DNA from: Haplodiscus bocki
Lineage: Eukaryota
Length of the DNA: 64,000 nt
Direction of reading: 5' to 3'
NCBI GenBank assembly: GCA_965655095.1
Contig: OZ296659.1
Coordinates: 30,566,001 to 30,630,000 of the forward strand
Position numbers and translations under genes: made by a program. The notes under the pieces were generated by a model that saw nothing but the letters and a program-made list of their open reading frames with translations, made no database searches and had not been told where the DNA came from. This document shows, piece by piece, positions 1 through 14,898 of this stretch. The number at the start of each line of letters is the position of its first letter. Positions within the stretch are counted from its first letter, which is position 1.

Positions 1-3000
1 CACCTGTATGTCCTTTCGCGAACTCTCAATATTCAAAAACAATATTCTAAGAAGTTTTTTCAAGGACACAAACCCAGAGTTTTGTTCCTGATATCAAAAA
101 TCTGAATAGAAACCAACCTGCCTAAAATATTGGGGGTATTTGATGTGTCCTGGTGTCAAGAATACTTTTACCCTAAAACTTTTTGAGTGTTTTTTCTTCC
201 AACGACTGTCTTCTTTAAAGATGAATATCTAAAGGCGCAAAAACGGTGATGAGTTTTTATGTTGATCTGCTAACAATATGTGAATCTAGTGCACCTTGTT
301 ATCTCTGTTTTTAATGAACTACACTTGACTCTGAAGGCAAAGTCCGGAAGAAATTCCTTGATAACTCAAGTGAGGTTTCATTTGATTTCAAAAACTAAAA
401 ATTAGAGATTTTTTGGTACTCCAGTCTGCCATCGTAAACAGGACAAACCCTATTCCCACAAACTTGTCCATATTTTGGTCATCTCGAACCATTTTGAACG
501 AACATCGCCCTTTTGTCTTTGATTTTTTCCATCAATTTTTTCTTCAAAACATATATTTTGTTGAAAGATTTTGAGGAACAATTTTGTTGTTTGCATTCCT
601 TGTGTCCCAAATCTGGCAGACCGAACCGTCCAAAATAAGGCAAGATATCCAATTTTTTTGCTCTTTGAAAACATCGTCAAAATCAAACGCTTGTTTGCTC
701 TCCAGGCTCATCTCAATTGACAGTCTTTCCACCGTTTAAAGGTTATCCAATAGATTTAGAGCATATCTTGCCTTCTGCGCTGAGAAAATGAATAACCTAA
801 AAGAAACAAATTTTTGAGACTCGGTCTTTCCATAATTAACACAACATTTTACTCGCTCTTACAAGCGTTTTTTTTCCTTCAATTAGATATTCGACAGTTT
901 TTTAGCTAAAAAACTGGTTGGCAGCAACTTTTGTCGACCTGTCTTTAACTTTTCACTCAGCACGATTGATAGAACCTACAAAGACATGTATTTTACCGTG
1001 ACTTGTTGCAAGTTTCAAACTATGTTCACTCGAAGAAAAGACTGCATGTCGTTTCACAAGGTCCTATTACTCAAAAAAACTAATCTGAGAAGTTATTTGA
1101 TGACACGAAGGGACAGTTTTGTTCCGAATAGCGGCACTCTGAATAGCGACTAACCTGCTTAAAATTTTGGGGATACTCAAGTGTCATGGTTTTCAGGCTT
1201 AAGTTACCCGAAACCTACTTATGTGGTTTTTCATTCACGGACTGTCTGTTTCCTCAGAAAAAATGGATTACTTCAAAGCAATGTTGCTGCTGGGTTTTCC
1301 TTTTGAGCTGCTAGCACACTGGAAAAGTGTTGCAACTTATTTTCTCTATTTCTAATCAGTTACCTCTGACTCTGATAAGATTGTCTAGAAAAGATTCATT
1401 GAGGAATCAGTCAATATTTACAATACAATTAGGAGCCTGGTTGTTAAAGTTTTAGTGGTATTGCTGCCTGTCTTTTTAATCAAGACCATCGGTTTTTCCA
1501 ACAAAATCCTTAGGTTTTCGGTTAATTGAAAAGATTTTGAAAGCTGTATACCCTATTGTGTCTGATTTATTTTCTCATTCAAAACTTGCAATTTTTGGGA
1601 CGATTTCGAAAAATAAAATTGTGTTGTGCATTCCTTTCGTTCACACAATGGTAGACCAAACTGCCCAGAAAATCCAACTTGTCCTAACTGTTGAGCTCAG
1701 AAAACATGTCCAAAACTACGACTTGAGTGTTTCAAAGGCGTATCCCAATTGACTGTGTTTTACAATAAAAAAATATCCATTAGATATAAAGCAGTTATCA
1801 CTCATTGCACCCGGATGATGATCGTCTCCAAAAAAAAACAAAAACTGCAGATATGGTTTCCCTCAAGTAACACACAACTTTACTCTTCACTTATTAGATG
1901 GTTTCTTTTCATCAAAACGTCCTTCGACGGTTATTTTGCCGGGAAAAATCATTGCAATAACTTCTTCTGACGTGTGTTTGACTTCATAGTAAGCATAAAC
2001 GATGGAATTTACAAGAACGTGCAAATCACGGCGATTGTTGCAAGTTTTAGACTTTGATCCCCCAAAAACGCCTGTAGATCGTTTCTCAAATTCTCAAGGT
2101 TCAAAAGTCACATTCTAGGAAGTTTTTTGACGACAAAAAGAAAAGTTCTGTTCCCAAATTCGCCACCCTGATTGGAGACAAAACTGCCCGAAAGTTTGCG
2201 GGTAATGATGTTTCATGGCAATCAGGTTGAAGTTCTTCGAAACCTACCTATGTGTTTTCTCATTCACGGACTATCGTTTTCTTCAGAGAAGAAAGGATTA
2301 CTTCAAAGCAATGTTGCTGATGGATTCTTCTTTTCAGCTGCTAGCATAGTTGAAAGTTATTGCAAACTCATATCTATATTTTCAATCATTTACCTCTGAC
2401 TGTGATAAGATTATCTGGAGAAGTTTCATCGAGAAATGAATTGACAGTCACAAAACATTCAGGACGCTGATTGTTAAAGGAACAGTGGTATGCTGCCTGC
2501 CTTTGTAAACATGACCATCGATTTGTCCCACAAAATCCTTAGAAATTTGGGGAATTCAAAAGATTCTGAAAGCTCTGGTCCGTATTGTCTTTGATTTATT
2601 CCGTCAATTTCTCATTGGGAACTTGTGATTTTTTGGAGAAAAGCGAGGAATAAAAATTTGGCTTGCATTCCTGGCATTCACAATATGGTAGACCGAACGG
2701 CCCAGAAAGTCCAAAGTGTTTAAATTACTAATCTTCAAAAACATGTTTCAAAACTACGACTTGAGTGTTTTCAAAGCATATCTCATTTGACTGTCTTCTG
2801 CAATTAAAGGATATCCTTTAGATTTAAAGTAGTTCTCGATCCTTGCGCCGAGACGACAACCAGCCTCAAAAAAAAGGAAACAAAAAAAGCAAGTTTCAAA
2901 CTCTGATCCCTCAAAAAATCACCTGTATGTCCTTTCGCGAACTCTCAATATTCAAAAACAATATTCTAAGAAGTTTTTTTAAGGACACAAACCCAGAGTT

Positions 3001-6000
3001 TTGTTCCTAATATCAAAAATCTGAATAGAAACAAACCTGCCTAAAAATTTGGGGGTTTTTGATGTGTCCTGGTGTCAAGAATACTTTTCCCCTAAAACTT
3101 TTTGAGTGTTTCTTCTTCCCACGACTGTCTTCTCTAAAGAGAGGAAAATCTAAAAGCAAAAATGGTGATGAGTTCTTTTGTTGATCTGCTAACAATATGT
3201 GAATCTAGTGCAACTTCTTATCTCTGTTTATAATGAACTACACTTGACTCTGAAAGCAAAGTCCGGAAAAAAATCCTTGATAACTGAAGTGAGGTTTCAT
3301 TTGATTTCAAAAACTAAAAATTAGAGTTTTTTTGGTACTCCAGTCTGCCATCGTAAACAGGACAAACCCTATTCCCACAAACTTGTCCATATTTTATTCA
3401 TCTCGAACCATTTTGAACGAACATCGCCCTTTTGTCTTTGATTTTTTCCATCAATTTTTTCTTCAAAACATATTTTTTGTGGCATGATTTTGAGGAACAA
3501 TTATGTTGTTTGCATCCCTCGCATCCAAAATCTGGCAGACCGAACCGCCCGAAAAAGATCAAGATATCCATTTTTTTTGCTCATCGAAAACATCGTCCAA
3601 ATCAAACGCTTGCTTGCTCTCCAGGCTCATCTCAATTGACAGTCTTCCACCGTTGAAAGGTTATCCAATAATTTTAGAGCATATCTTGCACCCTGCGCTG
3701 AGAAGATGAATAACCTAAAAGAAACAAAATTTTCAGAGTGGGTCTTTCCATAATTAACACAACATTTTACTCGCTCTTACAAGCGTTTTTTTTCCTTCAA
3801 TTAGATATTCGACAGTTTTTTAGCTAAAAAACTGGTTGGCAGCAACTTTTGTCGACCTGTCTTTAATTTTTCAGTCAGCACGATTGATAGAACATACAAA
3901 GACATGCAATTTGCCGTGAATTGTGGCAAGTTTCAAACTCTGTTCACTCGAAGAAAAAATGGCTGTATGTCGTTTCTCGAAGTCTTAATACTCAAAAAAC
4001 GTAATCTAAGAAGTTATTTGATGACAAAGGGGGAGAGTTTTGTTCCTAATAGCGAGCGGCAATCTGAATAGAGACAAACCTGCCGAAAAAGTTTCGGGCT
4101 ACTCATGTGTCATGATTTTCAGGCTTAATTTACTCGTAATTTACCTATGTGTTTCTTAATCGCGGACTGTCTTTTTCGTGAAAAAAGAGGATTACTTCAA
4201 AGCAATGTTGCTGCTGGGTTTTCCTTTTGAGCTGCTAGCACACTGGAAAAGTGTTGCAACTTATTTTCTCTATTTCTAATCAGTTACCTCTGACTCTGAT
4301 AAGATTGTCTAGAAAAGATTCATTGAGGAATCAGTCGATATTTACAATACAATTAGGAGCCTGGTTGTTAAAGTTTTAGTGGTATTGCTGCCTGTCTTTT
4401 TAATCAATACCATCGGTTTTTCCAACAAAATCCTTAGGTATTCGGTCAATTGAAAAGATTTTGAAAGCTGTATACCCTATTGTGTCTGATTTCTTTTCTC
4501 ATTCAAAACTTGCAATTTTTGGGACGATTTCGAAAAATAAAATTGTGTTGTGCATTCCTTTCGTTCACACAATGGTAGACCAAACTGCCCAGAAAATCCA
4601 ACTTGTCCAAACTGTTGAGCTCAGAAAACATGTCCAAAACTACGACTTGAGTGTTTCAAAGGCGTATCCCAATTGACTGTGTTTTACAATAAAAAAATAT
4701 CCATTAGATATAAAGCAGTTATCACTCATTGCACCCGGATGATGATCGTCTCCAAAAAAAACAAAAACTGCAGATATGGTTTCCCTCAAGTAACACACAA
4801 CTTTACTCTTCACTTATTAGATGGTTTCTTTTCATCAAAACGTCCTTCGACGGTTATTTTGCCGGGAAAAATCATTGCAATAACTTCTTCTGACGTGTGT
4901 TTGACTTCATAGTAAGCATAAACGATGGAATTTACAAGAACGTGCAAATCACGGCGATTGTTGCAAGTTTTAGACTTTGATCCCCCAAAAACGCCTGTAG
5001 ATCGTTTCTCAAATTCTCAAGGTTCAAAAGTCACATTCTAGGAAGTTTTTTGACGACAAAAAGAAAAGTTCTGTTCCCAAATTCGCCACCCTGATTGGAG
5101 ACAAAACTGCCCGAAAGTTTGCGGGTAATGATGTTTCATGGCATTCAGGTTGAAGTTCTTCGAAACCTACCTATGTGTTTTTTCATTCACGGACTATCGT
5201 TTTCTTCAGAGAAGAAAGGATTACTTCAAAGCAATGTTGCTGATGGATTCTTCTTTTCAGCTGCTAGCAAAGTTGAAAGTTATTGCAAACTCATATCTAT
5301 ATTTTCAATCATTTACCTCTGACTGTGATAAGATTATCTGGAGAAGTTTCATCGAGAAATCAATTGACAGTCACAAAACATTCAGGACGCTGATTGTTAA
5401 AGGAACAGTGGTATGCTGCCTGCCTTTGTAAACATGACCATCGATTTGTCCCACAAAATCCTTAGAAATTTGGTGAATTCAAAAGATTTTGAAAGCTCTG
5501 GTCCCTATTGTCTGTGATTTATTCCATCAATTTCTCAATGGGAACTTGTGATTTATTGGAAAAAAGCGAGGAATAAAAATGTGGCCTGCATTCCTCGCAT
5601 TCACAATGTCGTAGACCGAACGGACCAGAAAGTCCAAATTGTTTAAAATGCTGATCTTCAAAAACATGTTTCAAAACTACGGCTTGAGTGTTTCCAAGGC
5701 AAACCTTAATTGACTGTCTTCTACATTTAAAGGATATCCATTAGACTTAAAGCAGTTCTCGCTCCTTGCACCGGGATGACGATCAAGCTAAAAAAAAGAA
5801 AACAAAAAATGCAAGTTTCAAACTCTGATCCCTCAAAAAATCACCGTGTATGTGGTTTCTCGAGATCTCAAGATTCAAACACAATATTCTAAGAAGATTT
5901 TTAATGACGAAAAAAAAGAGTTCTAACCCTAATATCGGAAATCTGAATAGAGACAAACTTGCCTAGGATTTTGGGGGTTTTTGATGTGTCTTGGTGTTCA

Positions 6001-9000
6001 GAATACTTTTCCGCGAAAACTAATTGAGCGTTTTTTCTTTCACGGAGTGTCTTTTTCAAAGAAAGGAATATTTAGAGGCAATGATGGTGATGAGTTCTTC
6101 TGTTGATCTCCTAACAATATGGAAATCTAGTGCAACATGTTATCTTTGTTTCTATTGAACTACATGTGAAACCGAAAGAATAGTCGGGAAAAAATTCATC
6201 GACAACGCAAATGACGTTTCATTTGAATTCAATAAACTAAAGATTAAAGTTTTTTTGGTATTCCAGCCTGCCATCGTAAACAGGACAAACCCTATTTCCC
6301 ACAAACGTCTTCGAATTTCCGTCATCTCGAACCTTTTTCAACGAACGTTGCCCTTTTGTCTTTGATTTATTCCATCACATTTTTAATCAAAACATATGTT
6401 TTGGTGAACGTTTTTGAGGAACAATTATGTTGCTTGCATTCCTTTCTTCCGAAATCTGGCAGACCGAACCTCCCAAAATAATGCAAGATCTGCATTTTTT
6501 TTGCTCTTCGGAAACATCATCCAAGGCAAACGCTTCTTTCCTCTCCAGGCACGTCTCAAAGGACAGTGTTCCATCTTTCAAAGGTTATCCAACAGATTTA
6601 GAGCACGTCTTGCTCCCTGCGCTGAAAAAATGAGTAAACTAAAAAAACAGAAATTTTCAGAGTGGGTTTTGCCATAACTAACACAACAATTTATTCACTC
6701 TCACCAGGGGCTTTTTTTCCTTCCATTAGATATTCGACAGTTCCTTAGTTGGAAAATTTGTTGGCAGCAAGTTTTATCGACGTGTCTTTAACTTTATAGG
6801 AAGCACGATTGATAGAACCTACAAAGACGTGCATTTTACCGTGACTTGTTGCAAATTTCAATTTTTGTTCACTCGAAGAAAAGCCTGTATGTCGTTTTGT
6901 CAAGGCCCTAATACTCTAAAATTTTAATCTAAGAAGTTATTTGATGACGGGAAGGGAGAGTTTTGTTCCTAATAGCGGCACTCTGAACAGAGACAAACCT
7001 GCCGAAAATCTTAGGGGTACTCATGTGTCATGGTATTCAAGCTTAATTTACCCGAAAACTACCTCTATGTTTTTTTCACGGACTGTCTTTCTCCTTCAAA
7101 AAACATTTTATTTAATTTCAGAAATTTAAAAGTTAAGATTTTTTGGAACTCTAGCTTGCTATTGTAGTAAGCAAGACAAACCCTTTCAAACCCTATTTCC
7201 CACAAACATCTTCAGATTTCGGTCATCTCGAACGGTTTATCAAAAACGTCACCGTATTGTCTTTGATTTCTTCCATCAAATACATATGATCAATACATAT
7301 GATTTGTTGAAATATTTTGAGGAACAATTATGTGGTTTGCAACCCTCGCATCCAAAATCTGGTAAAGTAAACCGCCCAAAAAATGCAACTTCTATGTTTT
7401 TTGCTCTTCGAAAATATCATCCAAACCAAATACTTGATTGTTCTCCAGGCACATTTCAATTGACAATCTTCTACCGTTGAAAGGTTATCCAATAGACTTA
7501 GAGCAGATCCTGCACCCTGCGCTGAGAAGATGAATAACCTTAAAAAAACAAAAACTTCAGTACCAGCGGTTTTTTTCCTTCAAGTACATTTTCGTCAGTT
7601 CCTTTGCTGGAAAACACGCTGGCAGCAAGTTTTGTTGACGTGTCTTTAACAATTGCAGGAAGCACGACTGCGAGAACTTACAAAGACGTGCAATTGACAG
7701 TGACTTGTTGCAAATTTCAAACTCTCTTTCCTTGGACAAAAAATACCCTGATGTCGTTCATCAGGGTCTCATTACTCAAAAAACCTGTTCTATGAAAAAA
7801 TTTAATGCAGGAAGGGAGAGTTCTGATCCTAATATCGGTACTCTGAATAAAGACAAACCTGCAGAAATTTTTGGAAGTAATCATGTGTCATGGTATTCAA
7901 GCTTAAATTACCCGAAAACTACCTGTATGTTTTGTTTTCACGGACTTTTTTTCCTTCAAAAAGACAGAATGTCTTTTTTTTAGAGAAGAGGAATATTTTA
8001 AAGAATTCTTGCTTACGGTTTCTCCTTTTCAGCTGTTAGCATAATGGAAAGTTATTGCAACCTATATTCTTTTTTTTGATTCAATTAGCTCTGACCCTGA
8101 TAGGATTGTCTAGAAAATTTTCATCGAGAAAACAGTTGACTTTTACAATACCTTTAGGAGGCTGATTGTTAAAGATACAGTGGTATTGTTGCTTGCATTT
8201 GTAAACATCACAATCGTTTTTCCCACAAAAACTTTAGATAGTCGGTCATTTAAAAAGATTTAAAAATCTGTTCTTCTCTCTCTTTGATTGATTCCAACAT
8301 TGGTCATAATTGGTGTTTTCTTGAAAAAATTCGCGGAACAAAGATGTGGTGTTCATTCTTCGCATCCGGGATCTGGTAGAACGAACTACAAAATGCAACT
8401 TGTCCAACTTTTTGCTCTTCGAAAACATCTCCCAAAACTACAACTTGATTGTTCTCCAGGCACAGCTCAAATGACTGTCTTCTACGATTAAAGTATAGCC
8501 GTTAGATTTGAAGCAGTTCTCGCTCCTTGCGCCGGGATGATGATCAATCTAAGAAAAGCAAAAATTGCAGTTGGGGTTTTCCCCAATGAGCACAAGACTT
8601 TAGTTTACTTTTATTAGATTGTTTCGCTTTATCGAGACGTTCTTCGACGGTTAATTTGCTTGAAAAATTCGTTGCAGTAACATCTTTTGATGTGTGTTTG
8701 ACTTCACAGGAAGCACGACTGAGGGGACTTGCAACAACTTGCGATTTACGGTGAATTGTTGCAAGTTTCAAACTCTGATCTCTCGCAAAATCACCTGTAT
8801 GTCGTTTGTTAAGGCCTCAAAACTCAGAAATCATAATTTAAGAAGTTCTTTGATGACAAGAAGGGAGAATTTTCTGCCTAATGTCGACACTCTGACTCAA
8901 GTGTGGCAGTATGGTCCAAAACAAATTCATCATTAACGCAATTGACATTTTTTTTTAAATCCGAAGAGCTAAATATTAAAGATTTAGCAGTACTGTTACC

Positions 9001-12000
9001 TGCCATCGTGAAGAATATTAGCCCTTTTTCCCACAAACTTCTTCAAGTTTCGTTCATCTCGAACAATTTTTTAAAAAAGTCGCCTTATTTTCGTTGGTCT
9101 ATTCCATCAAACTATCATTCAAAACTAATGGTTTTTTGAAATAATTTGATGAACAGTTATATGGTTTGCACTCCTCGCAACAAAAATCTGGTAGACCGAA
9201 CCGCCCATAAATATGCAACTTTTGCATTTTTTTTACTTTTCGAAAACCTCTTCCACAACTGCAACTTTATTATTTTCCAGGTGTATCTCAAATAACAGTC
9301 TTCTACATTTGAAATGCTATCCATTAGACTTAGAGCAGATCTTGCTCACTGCGATAGAAAAAAGAGCAACACAGAAAAAGAAAAACTTCACAGTGAGTTT
9401 TCCCCACTTCTAATACAACAATTTATTCGATCTTGCCAGTGGTATTCTTTCCATCAGGTAGATCTTCGACAGTTCCTTTGCTGGAAACTTTGCTTGCAGC
9501 AAATTTTGTCTACGTCTCTTTAACTTTTTAGGAAGCACAACCGATGGATTATACGAGGACGTGCGACTTACGGTGATAAGTTGCAAGTTGCAAACTCTGA
9601 TCCCTCGAAAAGTCACCTGTATGTCATTTCGCAAGGTCTCCGAACTCAAAAATCCTATTTTAGGTTGCTATTTGATGGCAGGGAAGGAGAGTTCTGTTCC
9701 CTTTATCGGCACTCTGAATAGAGGCAAACCTGCCCAAAGTTTTGGTTGTATTGATGTGTCATGGTGCTCAGAATAATTTCCCCCGATAAGTAACTGTGTG
9801 TTGTTTCTTTCACGGACTGTCTTCTTCATAGAGAGGAATATATAGAGGCAATAATGGTGATGAGTTCTTTTGTTGATTTGTTAACAATATGGAAAACTAG
9901 TGCAACTTGTTATCTCTGTTTCTATTGAACTGTACTTGACTCCGAAAGCAAAGTCCGGAAAAAATTCATGATTTACGCAAGTGACGTTTCATTTGAATTC
10001 AAAAAGCTAAAAGTTAAAGTTTCCATGGTACTCTAGCCTGCCATCTTAAACAGGACGAATCCTTTTTCCCACAAATGTCTTCAAATTTCGGTCATCTCGA
10101 TCCATTTTCAACGAACGTCGCCCTTTTGTCTTTGATTTATTCCATCAAAGTTTTAATCGAAACATATGTTTTGTTGAACGATTTTCAGGAACAATTATGT
10201 TGTTTGCATTCCTCGCATCCGAACTCTGACAGACCGAAGCGCCCAAAATAATGCAAGATATCCAATTTTTTTGCTCTTCGAAGACATGATCCAAATCAAA
10301 CGCTTGTTTGCTCTCCAGACCCATCTCAATTGACAGTCTTCTACCGTTGAAAGTAGTAGTATAGAAAGGGAAGTATTTTCCCCGAATACTACCTATGTGG
10401 TTTTTCTTCAAACGAATGTCTTTTTTCCATGGAGAAGGGGAATAGTTCAAAGCATTTTTGCTGATGGTTTCTCTTTCTGAGCTGCTAGCATAATGAAAAG
10501 TAATTGCAACCTAATTTCTCTTCTTTTAATCAATTACCTCTGACTCTGATAGGATTGTCTGAAAGAATTTCATCGAAGATCAATTGACATTTACAATACC
10601 TTTAGGAGGCTGATTGTTAAAGATACAGTGGTATTGTTGCTTGGCTTTGTAAACATAACGATGGTTTTTCCCGAAAATCCTCCGGAATTCTGTCATTTAA
10701 GAAGATTTTGAAAGCTATTCTCCCTATTGTTTTTGATTTATTCCATCAATTTCCTCTTCAGGACTTGTGATTTGTTAAAAACATTCGAGGAACAAAAAAG
10801 TAGTTTTCATTTCTCGCATCCAGGATCTGGTAGACCGAACTACCCAAAAATGCAACCTGTCAAACTTTTTGCTCTTCGAAAAAATCTCTCAAATGTACAA
10901 CTGGATTGTTCTCCAGGAACAACTCAATTGACAGTCTTGTATCACTGAAAATTTATTTATTAGACTTAGAGCATCCTGCATACTGCGCCGAAGAGATGAT
11001 TAACTTAAAAAAACGAAAATTTCAGAGTGAATTTTTGCCTAACTGACACATCAATTTACTCGCTCTTGCCAGTGGTTTTCTTTCCATTAAGTAGATAAGC
11101 GACAGTTCCTTTACTGGAAATCTTGTTTGCAGCAAGGTATGACTTCATCTTTTTTGACATTTTCGGAAGCACAACCGATAGAATATACGAGGACGAGCAA
11201 TTTACGGTGATTTGTTGCAAATTGCAAACTCTGATCCCTCGAAAATTCAGCTGTATGTCTTTTCGCCAGGTCTCAAAACTTAAAAATCCCATTCTATGAA
11301 GTTATTTGTTGACAAGGAGGGACAATTCTCTTACTAATATCGGCACTCCGAAAAGAGACAAAACTGCCGGAATTTTTGGGGGTATGGATATGTAATGGTA
11401 TTCAGGCTCATTTTCCCCGAATACTACGTATGTGTTTTTTCTTCGAATGAAAGTCTTTGTTCCAAAGAAAAGAGGAATATTTCAAAGCTTTGTTGCTGAT
11501 GCGTTCCTTTTCCAGCTGCTAGCATAAGTGAAAGGTATTGAACTTCTTTTATGTATTTTAAAGGAAATAAATTTGACTCTGATAAGATTGTCCAGAAAAA
11601 CTTCAGCGAGAGATCAACTGAAATTTACAATACAATTAAGAGGCTGAATGTTAAAGATACAATCGATGAAAAAAGATGTGGTGTGCATTCAAAAAGAAAG
11701 GACTATTTTAAAGCAATGTTGTTGATGGGTTCTTGTTTTCAGCTGCTAACATAACGGAAAGTTAATGCAACCTATTTTCCCTATTTTAATTCAATTACAT
11801 TTGAATCTGATAGGATTGTCTCGAAAAGTTTCCTTGAGGACTTTACTGACATTTACAAATTATTCGGGAGGCTGATTGTTAAAGGTACAGTGGTATGTTG
11901 CCTGCCTTTGTAATTTTGACCATCGATTATTCCCACAAAATCCTTAGATATTCGGTTGTATAAAAAGATTTGGAAATTTTTAAAGCTCTCCTCCCTATTT

Positions 12001-13070
12001 TGTTTGATTTTTTCCATCAATTTGTCATTCGAAACTTGTAATTTGTTGGACAATTTCGAGGAAAAAAAATGTGGTGTGCATTCCTCGCATTCACAATATT
12101 GTAGTCCAAGTGCCCAGAAAATGCAACTCGTCCAACTTCTTGATCTTCGGAAAACATGTTCCAAAGCTACGACTTGATTGTTTTCAAGGCATTTCTCAAT
12201 TGACTTTTTTTACAATTAAAAGTAAATCCATTAGACTTGAAACAATTCTAGCTTTTGCGCTGGGATGATGATCGACTTCAAAAAAAAGAGAAACTCCAGA
12301 CTGAGTTTTCCGCAATGATTACACAACATTCCTCAATTATTAGATGGTTTCCTTTTATCAAGACGTCTTTCGACGGTTATTTTGCTGTGGAAATTCTTTG
12401 CAATAACTTCTTCTGAGGTGTGTCTGACTTCACAGGAAGCACGATTGAAAGGATCTTTAAAAACGTGCATTTCACGGTGATTTGTTGCAAGTTTCAAAGT
12501 CTGATCTCTCGAAAAATCACCTGTATGTAGTTTCCCAATTTCTCTTGGTTTAGAAACCATAATCTAGGAATTTTTTTGATGAAGAAAATGAAGAGTTCTG
12601 TTCCTAATATTGGAACTCCGAATACAGACAAACCAGCGCAAAACTTTGGGAGATTTGATGTGTCTTATCCTTCAGACTCATATTCTCCGAAAGATAACTG
12701 TGTGTAGTTTCTTTCACGGTCTGTCCTCGGTAAAAAGAAGATTTTCCCAAAGCAAGGTTGTTAATAAGTTCTTCAGTTGAGCTGCTAGTAATATGGAAAA
12801 CTATTGCGACTTTTTACCTCTAAATTTTTGAATTACACTTGACTCTGATAGGATAGTCCGAAAATGTCACGGATAACGCAATTGGCTTTTTATTTAGAGT
12901 AGGAAAATTATCTTTTGAAGGTTTAGTGGTACTCCAGCCGGCCAACGCAAACAAAACAAACTCTATTTCCCACAAAGTCTTTTGATATTCGGTCTTTCGG
13001 TTTTTGAAGAAAGTCTCCCTATTGTTTTTGATTTATTCCATCAAACAATCAATCAAAACATATGATATAT
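1..13070. repeat. Complex satellite array: ~0.85-1.05 kb diverged monomers with a ~2.92 kb three-monomer higher-order repeat in the left half
   Basis: Sequence at 1 (cacctgtatgtcctttcgcgaactctc) recurs at 2920 and, diverged, at ~5842. Near-identical ORFs lie at 1537/4461 and 2172/5095. The marker ttgcaagtttcaaactctg recurs at about 1010, 2040, 2890, 3930, 4965, 5810, 6855, 7710, 8760, 9585, 11220 and 12490. Confidence 0.95.
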
Positions 13071-13074
13071 TTCG

Positions 13075-13900
13075 TTTGGACTTCCGAAAAAGTGTCAAAG
13101 GCGTACATCATCTATTCATCTTTGTTTGATTCACGTACTCGACTTGATTGGTTTTTTGACAAAACCCTCATATGGGTAAAACTTTTTCAGGTTCATCACG
13201 AAAACAGAGTCATTGTGAACAGAATGTACCCGGATTGAAAACCTGGTTTCGGTGGCTGACCGCAAGGTTCTGTTTCGGGGCCAATCTTGTTCATGGATCT
13301 GTCAAATCGTTACCCCAAGCTGTTTTGTCCTTAATACAACTGTCTGCGGGCGATGCTAATTCACACGAAACGATCGACAAAAAACAGTCAGAGAATGCTC
13401 CTTAAAAGGACCTGTATATTTGGCTCTATTCAAGATGACTTGCCGATACTTTGACGGTGAAATATTCAGCTTAGTCTTCAAAGCTATGGTTCGCCCTCGT
13501 CTGGATTGTGCTATTCAAGTCTGGTACATTACACTGAAAAAAATGCGGATTTTTTGAATTTGTCCAGAGCCGTGCTATAAGATTTTTGGAAATGCTAATA
13601 TGAATGTCGTGTCACGAGAAACTGAAGATGCTAGATATACCGAGAATTGAATATAGAAGACAACGAGGCAGAACAGTTCAAGTAAACAATGTTCTGATCA
13701 ACCTGTACAACTCAACTGCGCGTGGAGGACTTCTACAGTCAAACTCGAGACACTAGGGGACATTCTCAGAAGCTGCTGGTTCAGAAAGCCGGAATACAAG
13801 TCCGGAAACGATCATTCGCGGTAGTCGCTTCCAGCGACTGGAATTCGTTGCCTAGAAATGTTGTAGAGAGCCCAAACCTTTGAAGCCTTCAAGTCTAACC
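13075..13900 (+). mobile_element. Decayed CR1-type LINE, RT and 3' end fragment
   Basis: Broken-frame motifs: LDFRK, QGSVSGPILF (PQGSVLGP-like), FKAMVRPRLDCAIQVW, VQSRA, EYRRQRG, and TRGHSQKLLVQKAG...SDWNSLPRNVVESP, the typical CR1 ORF2 C-terminus (TRGH...WNxLP..VV). Confidence 0.85.
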
Positions 13901-14898
13901 TTGACATTTTGACGGCTCAGAAATTTTGACACCAACAGATTCACCTGATGGAGATGAATAAACACGTACGAGCTGGTCGAAGAGGTACGTACCTGGAACC
14001 ATATTACCTGAACTGAACTGCTCTAGTTTTCTCTCGAATTTTGTTAGGATGAAGACGTAATTGAAAGTAGAAGGAAACTGGCAAGTCATGAAATTGCACT
14101 TTTGAGTCTACTGAGCATTTATATGTGATCCGTGGTCGGCCCTCATCGGAGCCTCGCGTGAGGCTCTAAATGTCCATGGTGGATTTGTTTTCTTTGGAAA
14201 ATTATGGCCTGTCGGACAAAAACTCGGTGAAATGTTTTGTTCCTAAGTTTTAGTGACACAACCGCGGACGTTTTGGTAGAAGGACTTTGTGGTACGATGT
14301 TTACTGCCTGAGAGTCATCAGTGCAATAGTTTTTGGTGTGTGAATATGCAAACATACTTTTCGTAAATAGAACCGTTCCGTCCGCATCTGGGACCTCTGA
14401 TGCTCGTTCTGAAACTAGGAAAAACGTGGAAATTTCGAATTTTAATGCCGACATACTGAACAGTTTCAACAGTAGTTCGTTGTGTCAAAGTGAAAAAAAA
14501 ACAATTTCTCTGGAATAGTCAATCAAGGGATATCAGTAATTTCGAAAGTTAACGCCGTCGAGGAGTGATCCTGCTCTGTTAGTCATAATTCTTTGCGTTA
14601 CAGAGGTGCAAAGCAAATCAATTGCCTGATAGGAACAGGTGTGGGTTCGGTTGATTTTTCGACAAGAATCAAGTATAAAACATTAAACTCCATGCAACAT
14701 GTAGTAGTAAAAGATCAAATTGCAAATTTAATTTTTCAGTGAGATTGCTCATTATGCGCTGTTACTGTATTCGGGTCCGCTTTTTATATTTTGGAGAGTC
14801 CCCTCTGATGGTGCTATTTGTATTATTATGTATATTAAAAAGTTAATAAATAGTTTTTCAGTTTATTGCATGTCAGAGGCAGCAGTTATGGCCTCTTA

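Noticed and set aside
450-12560. Dozens of 60-100 aa ORFs in the first 13 kb, some with LEHVLLPALKK-like LRR-looking words
   Set aside because: They recur with the satellite period, frames are not preserved between monomers, and no coherent protein consensus emerges.
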